A stretch of DNA of 64,000 bases from Marispirochaeta sp. (GTDB lineage: Bacteria > Spirochaetota > Spirochaetia > JC444 > Marispirochaetaceae), in assembly GCA_963676835.2 (NCBI GenBank), contig CAXXFF010000003.1:800001-864000 (forward strand). Reading direction: 5' to 3'. The notes under the pieces are model-generated. The model was not told the origin of the DNA. It worked only from the letters and a program-made list of their open reading frames with translations, and ran no database searches. Made by a program: the position numbers and the translations under genes. Shown in pieces: positions 9,923-20,395 of the stretch. Numbering within the stretch: position 1 is the first letter of the stretch; every line of letters begins with the position of its first letter.

Positions 9923-10009
9923 AACGCTTCTCCTTTTCACTTACTGGACCGTATCAACCGGATGGACCAGACCTGAAACATGGAAAAAATAAACCAAGAG
10001 AAGCTATTA

Positions 10010-10705
10010 TTAAACTTCCCCGCTTTTTTCTCCAGATTCCGGCTCATCACCGCAGTTGCCATTTTTCTCCAGCGAATCCAATATCCATGCAACGCCGTCA
10101 CAAATCTGCTCACGCATTGCTGATTCTGCGCTGTTGCAATCTTTTATCTCTATAGCATCTATTACACGTTGGTGCTGCTTAAGCGCCTTCCGGCCATTCT
10201 CGACATAGACTTCACCCCGGCCTGTTACTGCAAACAGATTTGTCAGAACATGGGTATGCATAATATTATCAAGGTGGGAATTGCCGGCAATTGCGACCAC
10301 CTTCTCGTGAAACTCAATATCCGCGGTAAGACAGACTTTGGCATCTTCTGTTTCAATTCCAGCCTTAAGAATTTCACACTGATTACGCAGCTCCTGAACA
10401 TCCTGCTCGGTGGCTTTCTCGCATGCCAGCCGGGCACTCAAGCCTTCCAGAACCTCCCGAAGCTGATAAAACTCGATAATATCCTGCCGTGTCAGCTTAC
10501 GAACAAAGGTCCCTCGGCGGGGAAGAATTACAACAATCCCCTCTCTCTCCAGCCGCAGAAACGCTTCTTTCAGCGGGGTTTGACTTACCCCAAGCTGCTT
10601 TCCCAACTCATCATACATAAGCCTGTCACCAGGTGACAGGCGACCACTGATGATCCATTCTTTAAGTGTGATATAAGCTTCTTCGCCTAAAGTACGGTTA
10701 AGCAC
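10010..10705 (-). CDS. GntR-family (FCD) regulator
   Basis: LGVSQTPLKEA..RLEREG wHTH and D.EFH FCD motif. Confidence 0.9.
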   Translation of the reverse strand: MLNRTLGEEAYITLKEWIISGRLSPGDRLMYDELGKQLGVSQTPLKEAFLRLEREGIVVILPRRGTFVRKLTRQDIIEFYQLREVLEGLSARLACEKATEQDVQELRNQCEILKAGIETEDAKVCLTADIEFHEKVVAIAGNSHLDNIMHTHVLTNLFAVTGRGEVYVENGRKALKQHQRVIDAIEIKDCNSAESAMREQICDGVAWILDSLEKNGNCGDEPESGEKSGEV

Positions 10706-10790
10706 AAACGTTTACCTTACTATTCCGCAACTCCAAACATTATAACCAACACCAAAAAATATGAGTGCGAAGTCTAAACTGTTTGGAAAA

Positions 10791-11795
10791 TCAGCGGATT
10801 CTTCCTGTAACCTTTCGAACAAACATATCAAAGAAAACGGCTCCGATTACGACGATTCCTGTTATCAGAGAATGAGCCAGAGCGGAAACTCCCAGAAGAT
10901 TCATACCATTAACAATTAAGGTTAATATCAAAGCTCCAATAATTGTTCCACCGACTCCGCCTTCTCCGCCGAGCATGTTCGTTCCGCCCATCATGACACA
11001 AGCAATGGTAATAAGCAAGAAAGGATCACCCATAGCCAACTCTGCTGCATCTAAACGTGCAGTCTGCAGCATTCCTGCAATAGCAGCAGTTACAGCACAC
11101 AGACCGTATACAGCCACAGTAACCCTGCGTGTTTTTACACCGGAGTAATAAGCGGCATTCCGGTTTGCCCCGATTGAGTAAATATATAACCCGAATAATG
11201 TACGAGATAATATGAAATGCATGATAAGGCATAAAACTGCTGTTATAATTACTATGACCGGTAACGGCCCAATATGCCCCGTTCCGAGAAAACGGAATCC
11301 TGACGGAAGCCCGAAAATTATCTGTCCCTGCATGAGAACCATTGCAAGTCCGCGGGCTATCCAGAGAATCCCGTAGGTCGCGACAAAAGCAGGCAGCCCG
11401 ACATACCCGATAAGGACTCCGTTCAGCATACCCAATACCAACGCGGCAGCAATGGCTATAACAGCAGCAAAGGCTATACCGTGCCCCTGCCGCATTAAAT
11501 ATGCAGCCAGACAGCCGGCAAGAGTCATTGTTCCGCCGATGGAAAGGTCTATTCCGCCGGTCAAAATAACTGCCGTCATTCCAAGAGCCAGGACCAGAAG
11601 CACGGAAGCCTGCCTCATAACATTTACGATATTTGGTATGGTAAGAAATTTATCAGCAATAAGTGCAAAAATAAATCCCAGGACAAAAACACTGCTGACC
11701 CGTAAAGCCGGAGCGAGGAAGTCCTTCATGGTTAATCCGTTTAACATCATGCCTAACCGGAACTTCCGTGTCTGCAAACTATCAAGATCACTCAT
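10791..11795 (-). CDS. Sugar ABC transporter permease (RbsC-like)
   Basis: GGIDLSIG, IG.N..AA..SG, multiple TM segments. Confidence 0.9.
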   Translation of the reverse strand: MSDLDSLQTRKFRLGMMLNGLTMKDFLAPALRVSSVFVLGFIFALIADKFLTIPNIVNVMRQASVLLVLALGMTAVILTGGIDLSIGGTMTLAGCLAAYLMRQGHGIAFAAVIAIAAALVLGMLNGVLIGYVGLPAFVATYGILWIARGLAMVLMQGQIIFGLPSGFRFLGTGHIGPLPVIVIITAVLCLIMHFILSRTLFGLYIYSIGANRNAAYYSGVKTRRVTVAVYGLCAVTAAIAGMLQTARLDAAELAMGDPFLLITIACVMMGGTNMLGGEGGVGGTIIGALILTLIVNGMNLLGVSALAHSLITGIVVIGAVFFDMFVRKVTGRIR

Positions 11796-12763
11796 TTATA
11801 TGCTCCTTGCATCTGGAAGGTCTTTCTATACAACACATCAAGGACAATCGCTGCTACAACAACAGTTCCGATCAGAAGGAACTGGTACATATTAACAACG
11901 CCTGCAATATTCAAACCATTACGCAGGACAACAATTAGAAGAACGCCGAGGATTGTTTTATTAATGCTGCCCCGCCCCTCCTCAAAGGACGTACCGCCTA
12001 TCAGAGTAGCTGCCAATGCATCAAATTCCCAATCAAGACCGGCACCAGCATTACCTGATGCTGTTCTGGCAGCAACAACAACACCGGCAACCCCGTACAG
12101 TGTTCCTGCTGCAACAAATACCCAGGTAGTGGCACGTTTGATATTAGTACCGGCCAACCTCAGTGCCTGCTTGTTTCCGCCAAGGCCGTATACATTTCTT
12201 CCAAAAGCAGTCCGGTTCATCATTATCCACATAACAAGGAAAACAATAGCGGCAATTATTACCGGAAGCGGGATCCCAACTATTTTTCCTTCCGCAATGA
12301 AACGAAATTTCCGGTCCAGAGCAGCAACAGACAGGCCTCCTGTAAAAATCAGCCCTAAACCGAATGCAATGTTACCTACCCCAAGGGAGGCAATAAACGG
12401 GGACAATCCACCACGGGCAACAAGGATACCATTACAAAAACCGAACATCGCGCCCATGAAGATTCCGCCCATAATCGCAATGGGAATAGGCATTCCAATT
12501 TTCAGCAGGAATGCCGTCGCTACAGAACAGAACCCAAGCACCCATCCTACCGAGAGATCAATTCCCTCTGTCAGAATTACAATAGTTTCACCTATGGCTA
12601 CAATCAGCAACGGTGATGCCTGTACTGCGATATTCGAAAAATTTGATAAAGAGAAAAATCCTTTTGCAAAGATAATCCAAATGAACATCAGGACCAGACT
12701 AATCCAGATAACCGGCGGAACACTCAGGAAGCGCGCCTTCATACTATTTCTTGGAATATTCAC
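11792..12763 (-). CDS. Sugar ABC transporter permease (RbsC-like)
   Basis: EGIDLSVG, GGN..A.RLAG, IGGTS..GRGS. Confidence 0.9.
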   Translation of the reverse strand: MNIPRNSMKARFLSVPPVIWISLVLMFIWIIFAKGFFSLSNFSNIAVQASPLLIVAIGETIVILTEGIDLSVGWVLGFCSVATAFLLKIGMPIPIAIMGGIFMGAMFGFCNGILVARGGLSPFIASLGVGNIAFGLGLIFTGGLSVAALDRKFRFIAEGKIVGIPLPVIIAAIVFLVMWIMMNRTAFGRNVYGLGGNKQALRLAGTNIKRATTWVFVAAGTLYGVAGVVVAARTASGNAGAGLDWEFDALAATLIGGTSFEEGRGSINKTILGVLLIVVLRNGLNIAGVVNMYQFLLIGTVVVAAIVLDVLYRKTFQMQGAYK

Positions 12764-12764
12764 A

Positions 12765-14276
12765 CTATGCTCCTTTCGCCGCTTTAGCGGTACCCAGCAT
12801 TAAAGCGGCAACATTATCCTGCGTCGCTTCCGCATGACCGATTTCTCCAACAATTTCTCCATGATACATGACATAGATACGATCACACATTCCAATTACT
12901 TCCGGAAGATCGGATGATATCATCAGTACTGCGGTGCCGTCGTTCACCAGCTGATCCATCAGCCCGTGAATTTCCGCCTTGGCACCAACATCTATGCCCC
13001 TAGTCGGTTCATCAAAAATTATCAGTCGTGAATTAGTCTGCAGCCATTTTGCGATAACAACCTTTTGCTGATTCCCCCCACTCAGGTTTGAAACAAGCTG
13101 ACGGGTTGAAGGAGTTGCAATACGAAGTTCTTCAACATGCTTCCCGGCAATTTCTGCAGCCTTCCTTGGATGAAAGACAAATTTAAAGATACGATGAAAA
13201 CTTGCCAGTAATACATTGAATGAGACAGAAAGACGAAGAGCAAGACCAAGATCTTTTCGATCTTCCGGTATCAGCGAAAGTCCAGCATCTATCATCTTTG
13301 AAGGAACAGTGCGTAATGAACGTTTTTTACCAAAAAGCTGAATTTCACCAGACTCAAACCGATCTATTCCAAAAATTGCCCTTGCCAGCTCTGTCCTTCC
13401 TGCACCTACAAGACCGGCCAAACCAACGACTTCTCCCTCATGCAAAGTCAGATTGACATTCCGGGGTCCGTTTTCCACTGAACAATTTTCCAGACGAAGA
13501 ACCTCCTTTCCAGGTTCCCTTCGGTTTCGCGGATACATGCAGTCTATAGTGCGACCAACCATCAGCTGGACAAGTTCGTCATCGGTAATATCTGCAATCG
13601 GAATAGTGCTGACCCATTTACCGTCCCGCAATACGGTTACCCGGTCTCCAATCTCACGGATCTCCTGCAAACGATGTGAGACATACACAATCGCAGTCCC
13701 TTCAGCTTTCAACTTTCGTATTTTTTCAAAGAGAAGATCAACTTCACTCTCAGATAATATTGCCGTAGGCTCATCCAGAATAAGAACCTTTGGTTCGGCA
13801 ACCAGGATCTTTGCAATCTCAACCATCTGTTTCTGTGCAGAAGTAAGGAGTTTGACAGGAGTCCTGGGATCGATATCTACGCCTAGTGTACTCAGGATAT
13901 TTAAAGCATTAGAGAACATGGTTTTCTGGTCGATAAATGGTGACCCGGGTCGACTTTTCGGTTCTCTGTTACAGTAGATATTATTTGCCGCGCTCAACCA
14001 CGGTATCAGCATCAATTCCTGATTTACACCGCCGATTCCTTCACGAAGTGCGTCGGCGGGCACACGAAAATCCACCGGAGAACCATTCAGAAGTATTTCA
14101 CCCCTGTCAGGCAGCTGCGCGCCTAGAATAAGACTCCCGAGAGTACTCTTTCCAGCTCCATTTTCACCAATAAGAACATGAACCTCTCCTGGAACAATAT
14201 CGAAACTTACGTCATCAAGTGCGGTTACTCCGGGAAATGTTTTGGTTATATTTCTCAACTCTATTACAGGTTTCAC
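12765..14276 (-). CDS. Sugar ABC transporter ATP-binding protein (RbsA-like, two ABC domains)
   Basis: GENGAGKST, LSGGNQQK, DEPTRGIDVGAK. Confidence 0.94.
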   Translation of the reverse strand: MKPVIELRNITKTFPGVTALDDVSFDIVPGEVHVLIGENGAGKSTLGSLILGAQLPDRGEILLNGSPVDFRVPADALREGIGGVNQELMLIPWLSAANNIYCNREPKSRPGSPFIDQKTMFSNALNILSTLGVDIDPRTPVKLLTSAQKQMVEIAKILVAEPKVLILDEPTAILSESEVDLLFEKIRKLKAEGTAIVYVSHRLQEIREIGDRVTVLRDGKWVSTIPIADITDDELVQLMVGRTIDCMYPRNRREPGKEVLRLENCSVENGPRNVNLTLHEGEVVGLAGLVGAGRTELARAIFGIDRFESGEIQLFGKKRSLRTVPSKMIDAGLSLIPEDRKDLGLALRLSVSFNVLLASFHRIFKFVFHPRKAAEIAGKHVEELRIATPSTRQLVSNLSGGNQQKVVIAKWLQTNSRLIIFDEPTRGIDVGAKAEIHGLMDQLVNDGTAVLMISSDLPEVIGMCDRIYVMYHGEIVGEIGHAEATQDNVAALMLGTAKAAKGA

Positions 14277-14400
14277 GGGTTCTTCCCTTTTAAGTTTTTA
14301 CTGCCACAACCAGACTGATAGCGCCATGCTATCAGTCTGCTGTGAACAAAAGCCGATTGTTATAGACAACCAGCTATTATCTGGTTACCGTTCAAAACGT

Positions 14401-15492
14401 CTAGTCGACCTTCCACCATGCCAGATTATCGATGTAGTTCTTTACATTATCCTTGGTGATAATTGCCTCAGGCATTGTCTCGGGATTCGGATAGGGGACG
14501 TACTTCGGAGGAGGCAGAGTCCCGTTGTCCAGATAATCGACAAGGTATGCTGCGGCAAGCCAGGCTGCTGAAGGAGGATCAGAATTAAAGGTTACATCAA
14601 CACGTCCTTCAAGGAGGGCATGGCTGAAATCTTCGTTTGCGTCAAATCCTGCAATAAGAATATCTTTACTGAGTCCTGCTGCTTCTATAGCCTGAAGAGC
14701 CCCCATGGCTTCTTCGTCATTTGCACCGATAACGGCATCAATTTCATCCCCGTAACGCTGAACAAGGTTTTCCATTGCCTGCATTGCATCGGTCCGACGG
14801 AAATTAGCCGGCTGTTCGGCAAGGATCTTTATATTCGGATATCTTGCCAGAGAATCATGAATGCCTTTATCTCTTTCATGGGCATTCTGAGCCTGTGGAG
14901 GTCCGGAAAGATTAATAATATTTCCTGTGCCACCCATTTTTTCTGCCACCCACTCGGCAATAACATAACCTGTCATATAGTATGCTGTACCAAGATGAAC
15001 CAGTTTCATATCAGTTTGAGCATTAGTACCGATTACGGCCACGGGAATACCGGCATTCACCGCTTTTTCAACAGCAGGAACAATTCCAACTGAGTCCGCC
15101 GGGTGAATTGCAATACCATTTACCCCCCGCTGAATCAGGTCTTCAATAATCTTTGCCTGTTCTTCTACATTATCCTGCTTGGCTGGCGCAAGGGTGACAT
15201 ATTCAAATCCCATTGAATCACCAGCTTTTTCGAAACCGCCAAGCTGTGCAATCATGTATGGATTTGTAGTATTCTTCACGATACAAGCCAAAAGGTAATC
15301 ACCTTTTGCACGTACATCGGAAGTAACACCCCAGCCGATTCCATCGATTGGATAATCGAATTCATCTGTGCTGGCCATCTGCTCCGGCATAGAACCAGTT
15401 TCACCTGAAGAATCTTGTCCTCCTGCGGCCCAGAGGCCGGGAGCAAGCAACAACAGTGTCAGCATAAGGATAGCTACTTTACTTTTCCTCAT
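14401..15492 (-). CDS. Sugar ABC transporter substrate-binding protein (RbsB-like)
   Basis: Signal peptide, NPY, NDEEAMGA, GFDA. Confidence 0.9.
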   Translation of the reverse strand: MRKSKVAILMLTLLLLAPGLWAAGGQDSSGETGSMPEQMASTDEFDYPIDGIGWGVTSDVRAKGDYLLACIVKNTTNPYMIAQLGGFEKAGDSMGFEYVTLAPAKQDNVEEQAKIIEDLIQRGVNGIAIHPADSVGIVPAVEKAVNAGIPVAVIGTNAQTDMKLVHLGTAYYMTGYVIAEWVAEKMGGTGNIINLSGPPQAQNAHERDKGIHDSLARYPNIKILAEQPANFRRTDAMQAMENLVQRYGDEIDAVIGANDEEAMGALQAIEAAGLSKDILIAGFDANEDFSHALLEGRVDVTFNSDPPSAAWLAAAYLVDYLDNGTLPPPKYVPYPNPETMPEAIITKDNVKNYIDNLAWWKVD

Positions 15493-15566
15493 GTTTTTCC
15501 TCCTTAGGTTGTGACCTATTTTTTTAAGCCGACAACGTCGGCTTTATAAACCTTACAGCAGTCTTT

Positions 15567-16631
15567 CTATTCACCGTATACTTTGGACTTTTTCCAGTCA
15601 TAACGTTCACGCCAGTCCGGATATTTGTAACGCCCGATATCCTGGTCATCAGGATAGGTAAACATGCCGCCAGCGCGCATAATAACAGTCTTCATTTCAG
15701 GTTTATTCTGTTTAACTATCCATTCGAGCTGATCAGGATCGATAACAGAGCTTGCCCAGTTTTCATAGTGGTCGGGAATGAGGACTTTAGTTCCAATAGC
15801 CTCAGCAATCCTGAAAAGATCGTATGGACTGCATTTATCGGTACCGCCGGGTGCGTTGTATCCCATATCGCATATCATGACATCGATATCAGTATTTCTT
15901 TTTCCAATACTGGCAAACGCATCACTATAGATGGCGTCCCCGAGAAACATCGCTTTTCCACCAGAATTCTTGAAGATATAAGAAACAGCAACATCATCCA
16001 TTGTGACCTTGTCCACACTGTCGAGCCCCGTAGTAGTCCGGTAAACCATTTCGTCAAAATTCTTCTCTACAAGGACTTCAGTCTCATCAAATTTCAAAAC
16101 ATCCCCGGGTTTTACTTCTCTGATCCGGTCTTCAGGAACACCCCATTTTCTGAACATCCGGCAGGTAACCCGTGGTCCGACAAAGAGAGCTTTTGTAGTT
16201 TCAAGCAACGGCTTTACGGTATAGATATCGCAGTGGTCGGAATGATGATGAGTAGAGAAGGATGCATCAATCTTTTTGAACTTCCAGGGGTCGATAACCT
16301 GTGGGTTCAGACGCAGCCAGTGAAGGTGGCTTGCTCCTGTTGTCTGTGAAGGGCCGCAGTTTTCATAGCGAGTAACAAGGGATGGTCCTGCATAATTATC
16401 GATTAAAAAAGTATCATCACCTGATTTATATCCCCAAGATGGTCCTCCGAACCACCAAAGTCCGAATTTTCCCTTAGGCATTACGGTATTTGCTATCTGC
16501 TGGTTGAGATAGGTTCCCCAGGGAGGAAAACATTCTCTAATCCAGTCATCTCTGGTTAATGTGCGTTCCTCTAATATTGATGTTGCTTCAACAATCCCAT
16601 ATTCGTCTCTTTTCACACTATCTTCAGCCAT
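15567..16631 (-). CDS. ulaG: L-ascorbate-6-phosphate lactonase-like metallo-beta-lactamase
   Basis: FPPWGTYLN, WW.G, PQVIDP, THHHSDH metal motif. Length 354 aa. Confidence 0.8.
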   Translation of the reverse strand: MAEDSVKRDEYGIVEATSILEERTLTRDDWIRECFPPWGTYLNQQIANTVMPKGKFGLWWFGGPSWGYKSGDDTFLIDNYAGPSLVTRYENCGPSQTTGASHLHWLRLNPQVIDPWKFKKIDASFSTHHHSDHCDIYTVKPLLETTKALFVGPRVTCRMFRKWGVPEDRIREVKPGDVLKFDETEVLVEKNFDEMVYRTTTGLDSVDKVTMDDVAVSYIFKNSGGKAMFLGDAIYSDAFASIGKRNTDIDVMICDMGYNAPGGTDKCSPYDLFRIAEAIGTKVLIPDHYENWASSVIDPDQLEWIVKQNKPEMKTVIMRAGGMFTYPDDQDIGRYKYPDWRERYDWKKSKVYGE

Positions 16632-16840
16632 TTTCAGCCTCCATGATTGATTTATTTGTTGAAAACCATTCTAAATCCGGAATCATGTGCCGTCAATATT
16701 TTTTCAAAAATATTTTTTCTTTTTTATATTTTTGAATGTATTGCCAAATTACTTTCTCCCCTCACGAAGTTTCCAACGGGAAATTGTAAAAAGAGGAATA
16801 ATATATAGACGTAAACAAATGAATTCTTTACTATTGAAAC

Positions 16841-17575
16841 ATGAACCAATTGTCAGACGATAAAACAATACTTGAGAAGATACAGCAGAAAACCGTTGTT
16901 TCTCAGGTTATGGAAAAAATCAAGGAACTCATTACCTCCGGCATGTACAAACCGGGAGATAAAATACCTACAGAACACGAGCTTGCAGACCGCTTCGGTA
17001 TTGGCCGCTCATCAATCCGGGAAGCGATAAAAATCTTTCAGCACCTTGGAATTCTCGAATCCAGGGTTCCAAAGGGAACCTTTCTCTGTTCCCGCAGCCA
17101 GGTCTCCACAGAAGCAATCAGCTGGTCTCTCCTTCTCGGCGATGATGACATGTGGGAAATTATGGAGCTCAGGGAAATTATTGAAGAAAAGGCCTTCCGC
17201 TCCATGATGCGGATAATAGCCGGCTCTCCGGAAAAAGCAGATGAAATTACAGGAAATCTGGAAATGATTGTAATAAACATGAGGGAAGCAGTTAAGACTG
17301 AATCTCTCAAGGATCTTATAAAAGCTGACTTCAACTTTCATGCCGCAGTGATCCGCTCCGGCGACAATGCCCTTTTCTTTTCCATATATCAGACTCTCCA
17401 CTCCTTTATGCATGAAGAAATCCGCCAGACCTATGCAAACATGAAAGACCTCAATGAAGTTGCAGCAGATCATGAAGAGATTCTTGCAGCCATTAAAAGC
17501 GGCGATATCCCCAGTGCCACCGCCAGGCACAGTGCACATTTCCAGAGAATATCAAGTCTTCTGGTTGGAAAGTAG
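16841..17575 (+). CDS. FadR/GntR-family regulator
   Basis: PGDKIPTEHELA..FGIGRSSIREA, DFNFH. Confidence 0.92.
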   Translation: MNQLSDDKTILEKIQQKTVVSQVMEKIKELITSGMYKPGDKIPTEHELADRFGIGRSSIREAIKIFQHLGILESRVPKGTFLCSRSQVSTEAISWSLLLGDDDMWEIMELREIIEEKAFRSMMRIIAGSPEKADEITGNLEMIVINMREAVKTESLKDLIKADFNFHAAVIRSGDNALFFSIYQTLHSFMHEEIRQTYANMKDLNEVAADHEEILAAIKSGDIPSATARHSAHFQRISSLLVGK

Positions 17576-17611
17576 CTAAACAGGAAAATAAGATCCGGTG
17601 GTGAAAAATTG

Positions 17612-17640
17612 TTGACACACACAATCTATTGTCATACAAT
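17612..17640 (+). promoter_or_regulatory. Sigma70 promoter overlapped by a FadR-type palindrome
   Basis: TTGACA-17-TACAAT. ATTGT-CAT-ACAAT at 17628-17640. Confidence 0.75.
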
Positions 17641-17677
17641 CCGATAATCGTCACATAAAACAAATAAGGAGATAATA

Positions 17678-18766
17678 ATGGGAAACTGGAAGGGACCGCT
17701 CCACGAAATGACCGGCACTTCTCCAACGGAATTCTGGAATGATTCATGTTCAAAGAAAGAGTTGTCATATGCTATTGAGAACGGTGCCAGCGGAGGAACC
17801 AGCAATCCGGTAATAGTTGGCAATGTACTTAAACAGGAACTGCCCGATTGGGAACCACGGATAAAAGAACTTTTTAATGAAATTCCCGAAGCCACAGAGG
17901 AAACTGTTGCCTGGAAAATAATAGAGGAGATGACTGTAAGCGCTGCGGAGCTTCTTAAACCTCAGTTTGATGCTTCCAAAGGAAAAAAAGGGCGCCTCTC
18001 CATTCAGACCGATCCCCGGCTTTTCCGGGACGGAAAAAAAATGGCCGCCCAGGCTGCTCACTTTGCCTCACTCTACCCCAATAACAATATCAAAATGCCC
18101 GTAACAAAAGCGGGAATCTATGCTTTCGAAGAGGCCACCTACCAGGGAATCAGCGTAAATGCCACAGTCTGTTTTACCGTTCCCCAGAGCCTTGCTGTCG
18201 CAGAGGCAGTGGAGCGGGGTCTGAAGCGCCGGGAGCAGGAGGGTAAGGATATTTCCACCATGAACCCGGTTTGTACCATCATGGTAGGCCGCCTTGATGA
18301 CTGGATTAAAATTGTAGCCGACCGTCAGGGAATAATCACCGATCCCGGTGTATTTGAATGGGCAGGTGTGGCTGCGATGAAAAAAGCCTACAGGATTTAT
18401 AAGGAAAGGGGCTATCGAACTATCCTGCTGGCAGCAGCCTACAGGAACCATATGCACTGGTCCGAATTTATCGGCGGAGAGCTTTCCATGACCATTCCTT
18501 ACGGCTGGCAGAAAAAATTCAACGCCTCGGACGTAACCGTAGAAAACAGAATCGACAAGCCCGTTGATCCCTGGATTATGAAAGAACTGGAAACCAAATT
18601 CAGCGAGTTTAACCGGGCCTACGCCGAAGACGGTCTTGCCCCGGAAGAATTTGAATCTTACGGCGCGACCAGACGCACTCTGCGTTCATTTAACTCAGGT
18701 TATCAGGATCTCTTGAACATGATCCGTGATATAATGGTGCCGGATCCCGATATTGCCGGGAAATAG
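17678..18766 (+). CDS. Transaldolase-family protein
   Basis: WNDS, G.TSNPVIV, IKMP (Schiff-base Lys), NATVCF, MVGRLDD. Confidence 0.87.
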   Translation: MGNWKGPLHEMTGTSPTEFWNDSCSKKELSYAIENGASGGTSNPVIVGNVLKQELPDWEPRIKELFNEIPEATEETVAWKIIEEMTVSAAELLKPQFDASKGKKGRLSIQTDPRLFRDGKKMAAQAAHFASLYPNNNIKMPVTKAGIYAFEEATYQGISVNATVCFTVPQSLAVAEAVERGLKRREQEGKDISTMNPVCTIMVGRLDDWIKIVADRQGIITDPGVFEWAGVAAMKKAYRIYKERGYRTILLAAAYRNHMHWSEFIGGELSMTIPYGWQKKFNASDVTVENRIDKPVDPWIMKELETKFSEFNRAYAEDGLAPEEFESYGATRRTLRSFNSGYQDLLNMIRDIMVPDPDIAGK

Positions 18767-18793
18767 GCATTGTAAAAAGGAGATTTGCACATA

Positions 18794-20269
18794 ATGAGAA
18801 AGCTACAGAACTTTGTAAACGGTAAATGGGTTGATCCCGCCGGCGCATCTTATCTTGATGTTGAAAACCCCAGTACAGGCGACACCATTGCTCAGGTTCC
18901 TCTTACCTCCAAAGAAGAGACGGACAAAGCAATAGAAGCAGCTCATACTGCCTATCTTGAATGGAAAAATGTGCCTGTATCCCGCAGAGTAAATTATCTC
19001 TTCAAGCTGCGTACCCTGCTTGAAGAAAATGAAGAAAAAATCAGCCGTATTCTGGTTGAAGAGATGGGAAAATCTCTGCCCGATGCAAGAGCGGAGATGA
19101 AGCGGGTATTTGAGAATGTGGAGGTTGCCTGCGGAATGCCGGTACTGCAGCAGGGCGATAAACTGATTGGAGCATCCTTTGAAATGGACGGAGAAGTTAT
19201 CCGCCTGCCCATGGGTGTCTTTGCCATGATTGCCCCCTTCAACTTCCCAGCCATGGTGCCCTTCTGGTTTCTCCCCTACGCTATTGCCACCGGCAACTGT
19301 TATGTCGTAAAGGCTTCCAAACAGGTACCGGGCACCATGAACTTTATTACCGAGCTTATTGAACAGACAGGCCTTCCTGCCGGTGTTTTCACCCTGCTCA
19401 ATGGAGATAAAACCGTTGCAAATGCGTTTATGGAAAATCCCCTCATACAGGGAGTCTCTCTTGTAGGCTCAACACCTACCTGTAAGGTAGTTGCCCGTAA
19501 ATGCGGAGAACAGGGAAAACGGTTCCAGGCCATGGGGGGTGCAAAAAACCACCTGGTGGTAATGCCCGATGCCCGCATCGATGACGTAATCCGCAACATG
19601 ATTACCTCCTGTTTCGGATGCGCCGGACAGCGCTGTATGGCGGCATCGGCAATCGTCTGCGTAGGTGACGATACGTATAAAACTGTGACTGATAAATTTG
19701 TGGCTGCAGCTAAAGAGGTAATTACCACAAACCCCCTTGATCCCTCCGTGGCAGACGAAGGAATGGTAATGGGACCGGTTATTTCAGCCAAAGCAAAAGA
19801 GTTTATTATCAAGATGATCGATACCGGAGTGGAAGAAGGAGCCGAACTCCTTCTGGATGGACGGGGTCTTGAAATAAAAGGGTATGAGAAAGGTCATTTT
19901 GTAGGAGCTACGGTATTCGGCAAGGTGAAACCGGGCATGCAGATTCACTCAACCGAAATCTTCGGACCCGTTGTGGTTATCCTGAAAGTTGACAACCTGG
20001 ATGAAGCCATTAAGATCATAAACGATCATCAGTATGGTAACGGCGCCTCCATCTATACCCAGAACGGATATTATGCACGGAAGTTTAAAATAGACACCAA
20101 TGCCGGGATGATCGGTATAAATGTCGGGATTCCTGCACCGGTGGCCTACCTTCCCTTTGGTGGCATGAAAAACTCACAGCTGGCCGATATCAAGGCTCAG
20201 GGAAAGGCGGTGGTTAATTTCTTTACGGAAGATAAAATTGTTACCGAACGTTTCTGGCAGGAACCTTAA
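18794..20269 (+). CDS. mmsA: CoA-acylating (methyl)malonate-semialdehyde dehydrogenase (MmsA/IolA-like)
   Basis: PFNFPAMVP, GGAKNH, GCAGQRCMA, EIFGPV, YGNGA.I.T. Confidence 0.85.
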   Translation: MRKLQNFVNGKWVDPAGASYLDVENPSTGDTIAQVPLTSKEETDKAIEAAHTAYLEWKNVPVSRRVNYLFKLRTLLEENEEKISRILVEEMGKSLPDARAEMKRVFENVEVACGMPVLQQGDKLIGASFEMDGEVIRLPMGVFAMIAPFNFPAMVPFWFLPYAIATGNCYVVKASKQVPGTMNFITELIEQTGLPAGVFTLLNGDKTVANAFMENPLIQGVSLVGSTPTCKVVARKCGEQGKRFQAMGGAKNHLVVMPDARIDDVIRNMITSCFGCAGQRCMAASAIVCVGDDTYKTVTDKFVAAAKEVITTNPLDPSVADEGMVMGPVISAKAKEFIIKMIDTGVEEGAELLLDGRGLEIKGYEKGHFVGATVFGKVKPGMQIHSTEIFGPVVVILKVDNLDEAIKIINDHQYGNGASIYTQNGYYARKFKIDTNAGMIGINVGIPAPVAYLPFGGMKNSQLADIKAQGKAVVNFFTEDKIVTERFWQEP

Positions 20270-20395
20270 TATGAGAGACCAACGAGACTAGAATATATGC
20301 ATCATCCGCCAAAGCATCTGATGATAACATCATATACTCTTGTTGTTTAATGATTATCAACCATTTATACTGTCCATCATGAGAGGTATCTTGAG

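Noticed and set aside
8356..20269. Sulfoquinovose transaldolase pathway (TauE + transaldolase + aldehyde dehydrogenase)
   Set aside because: No sulfoquinovosidase or isomerase in the window, the dehydrogenase is MmsA-type, and TauE is in a separate transcription unit
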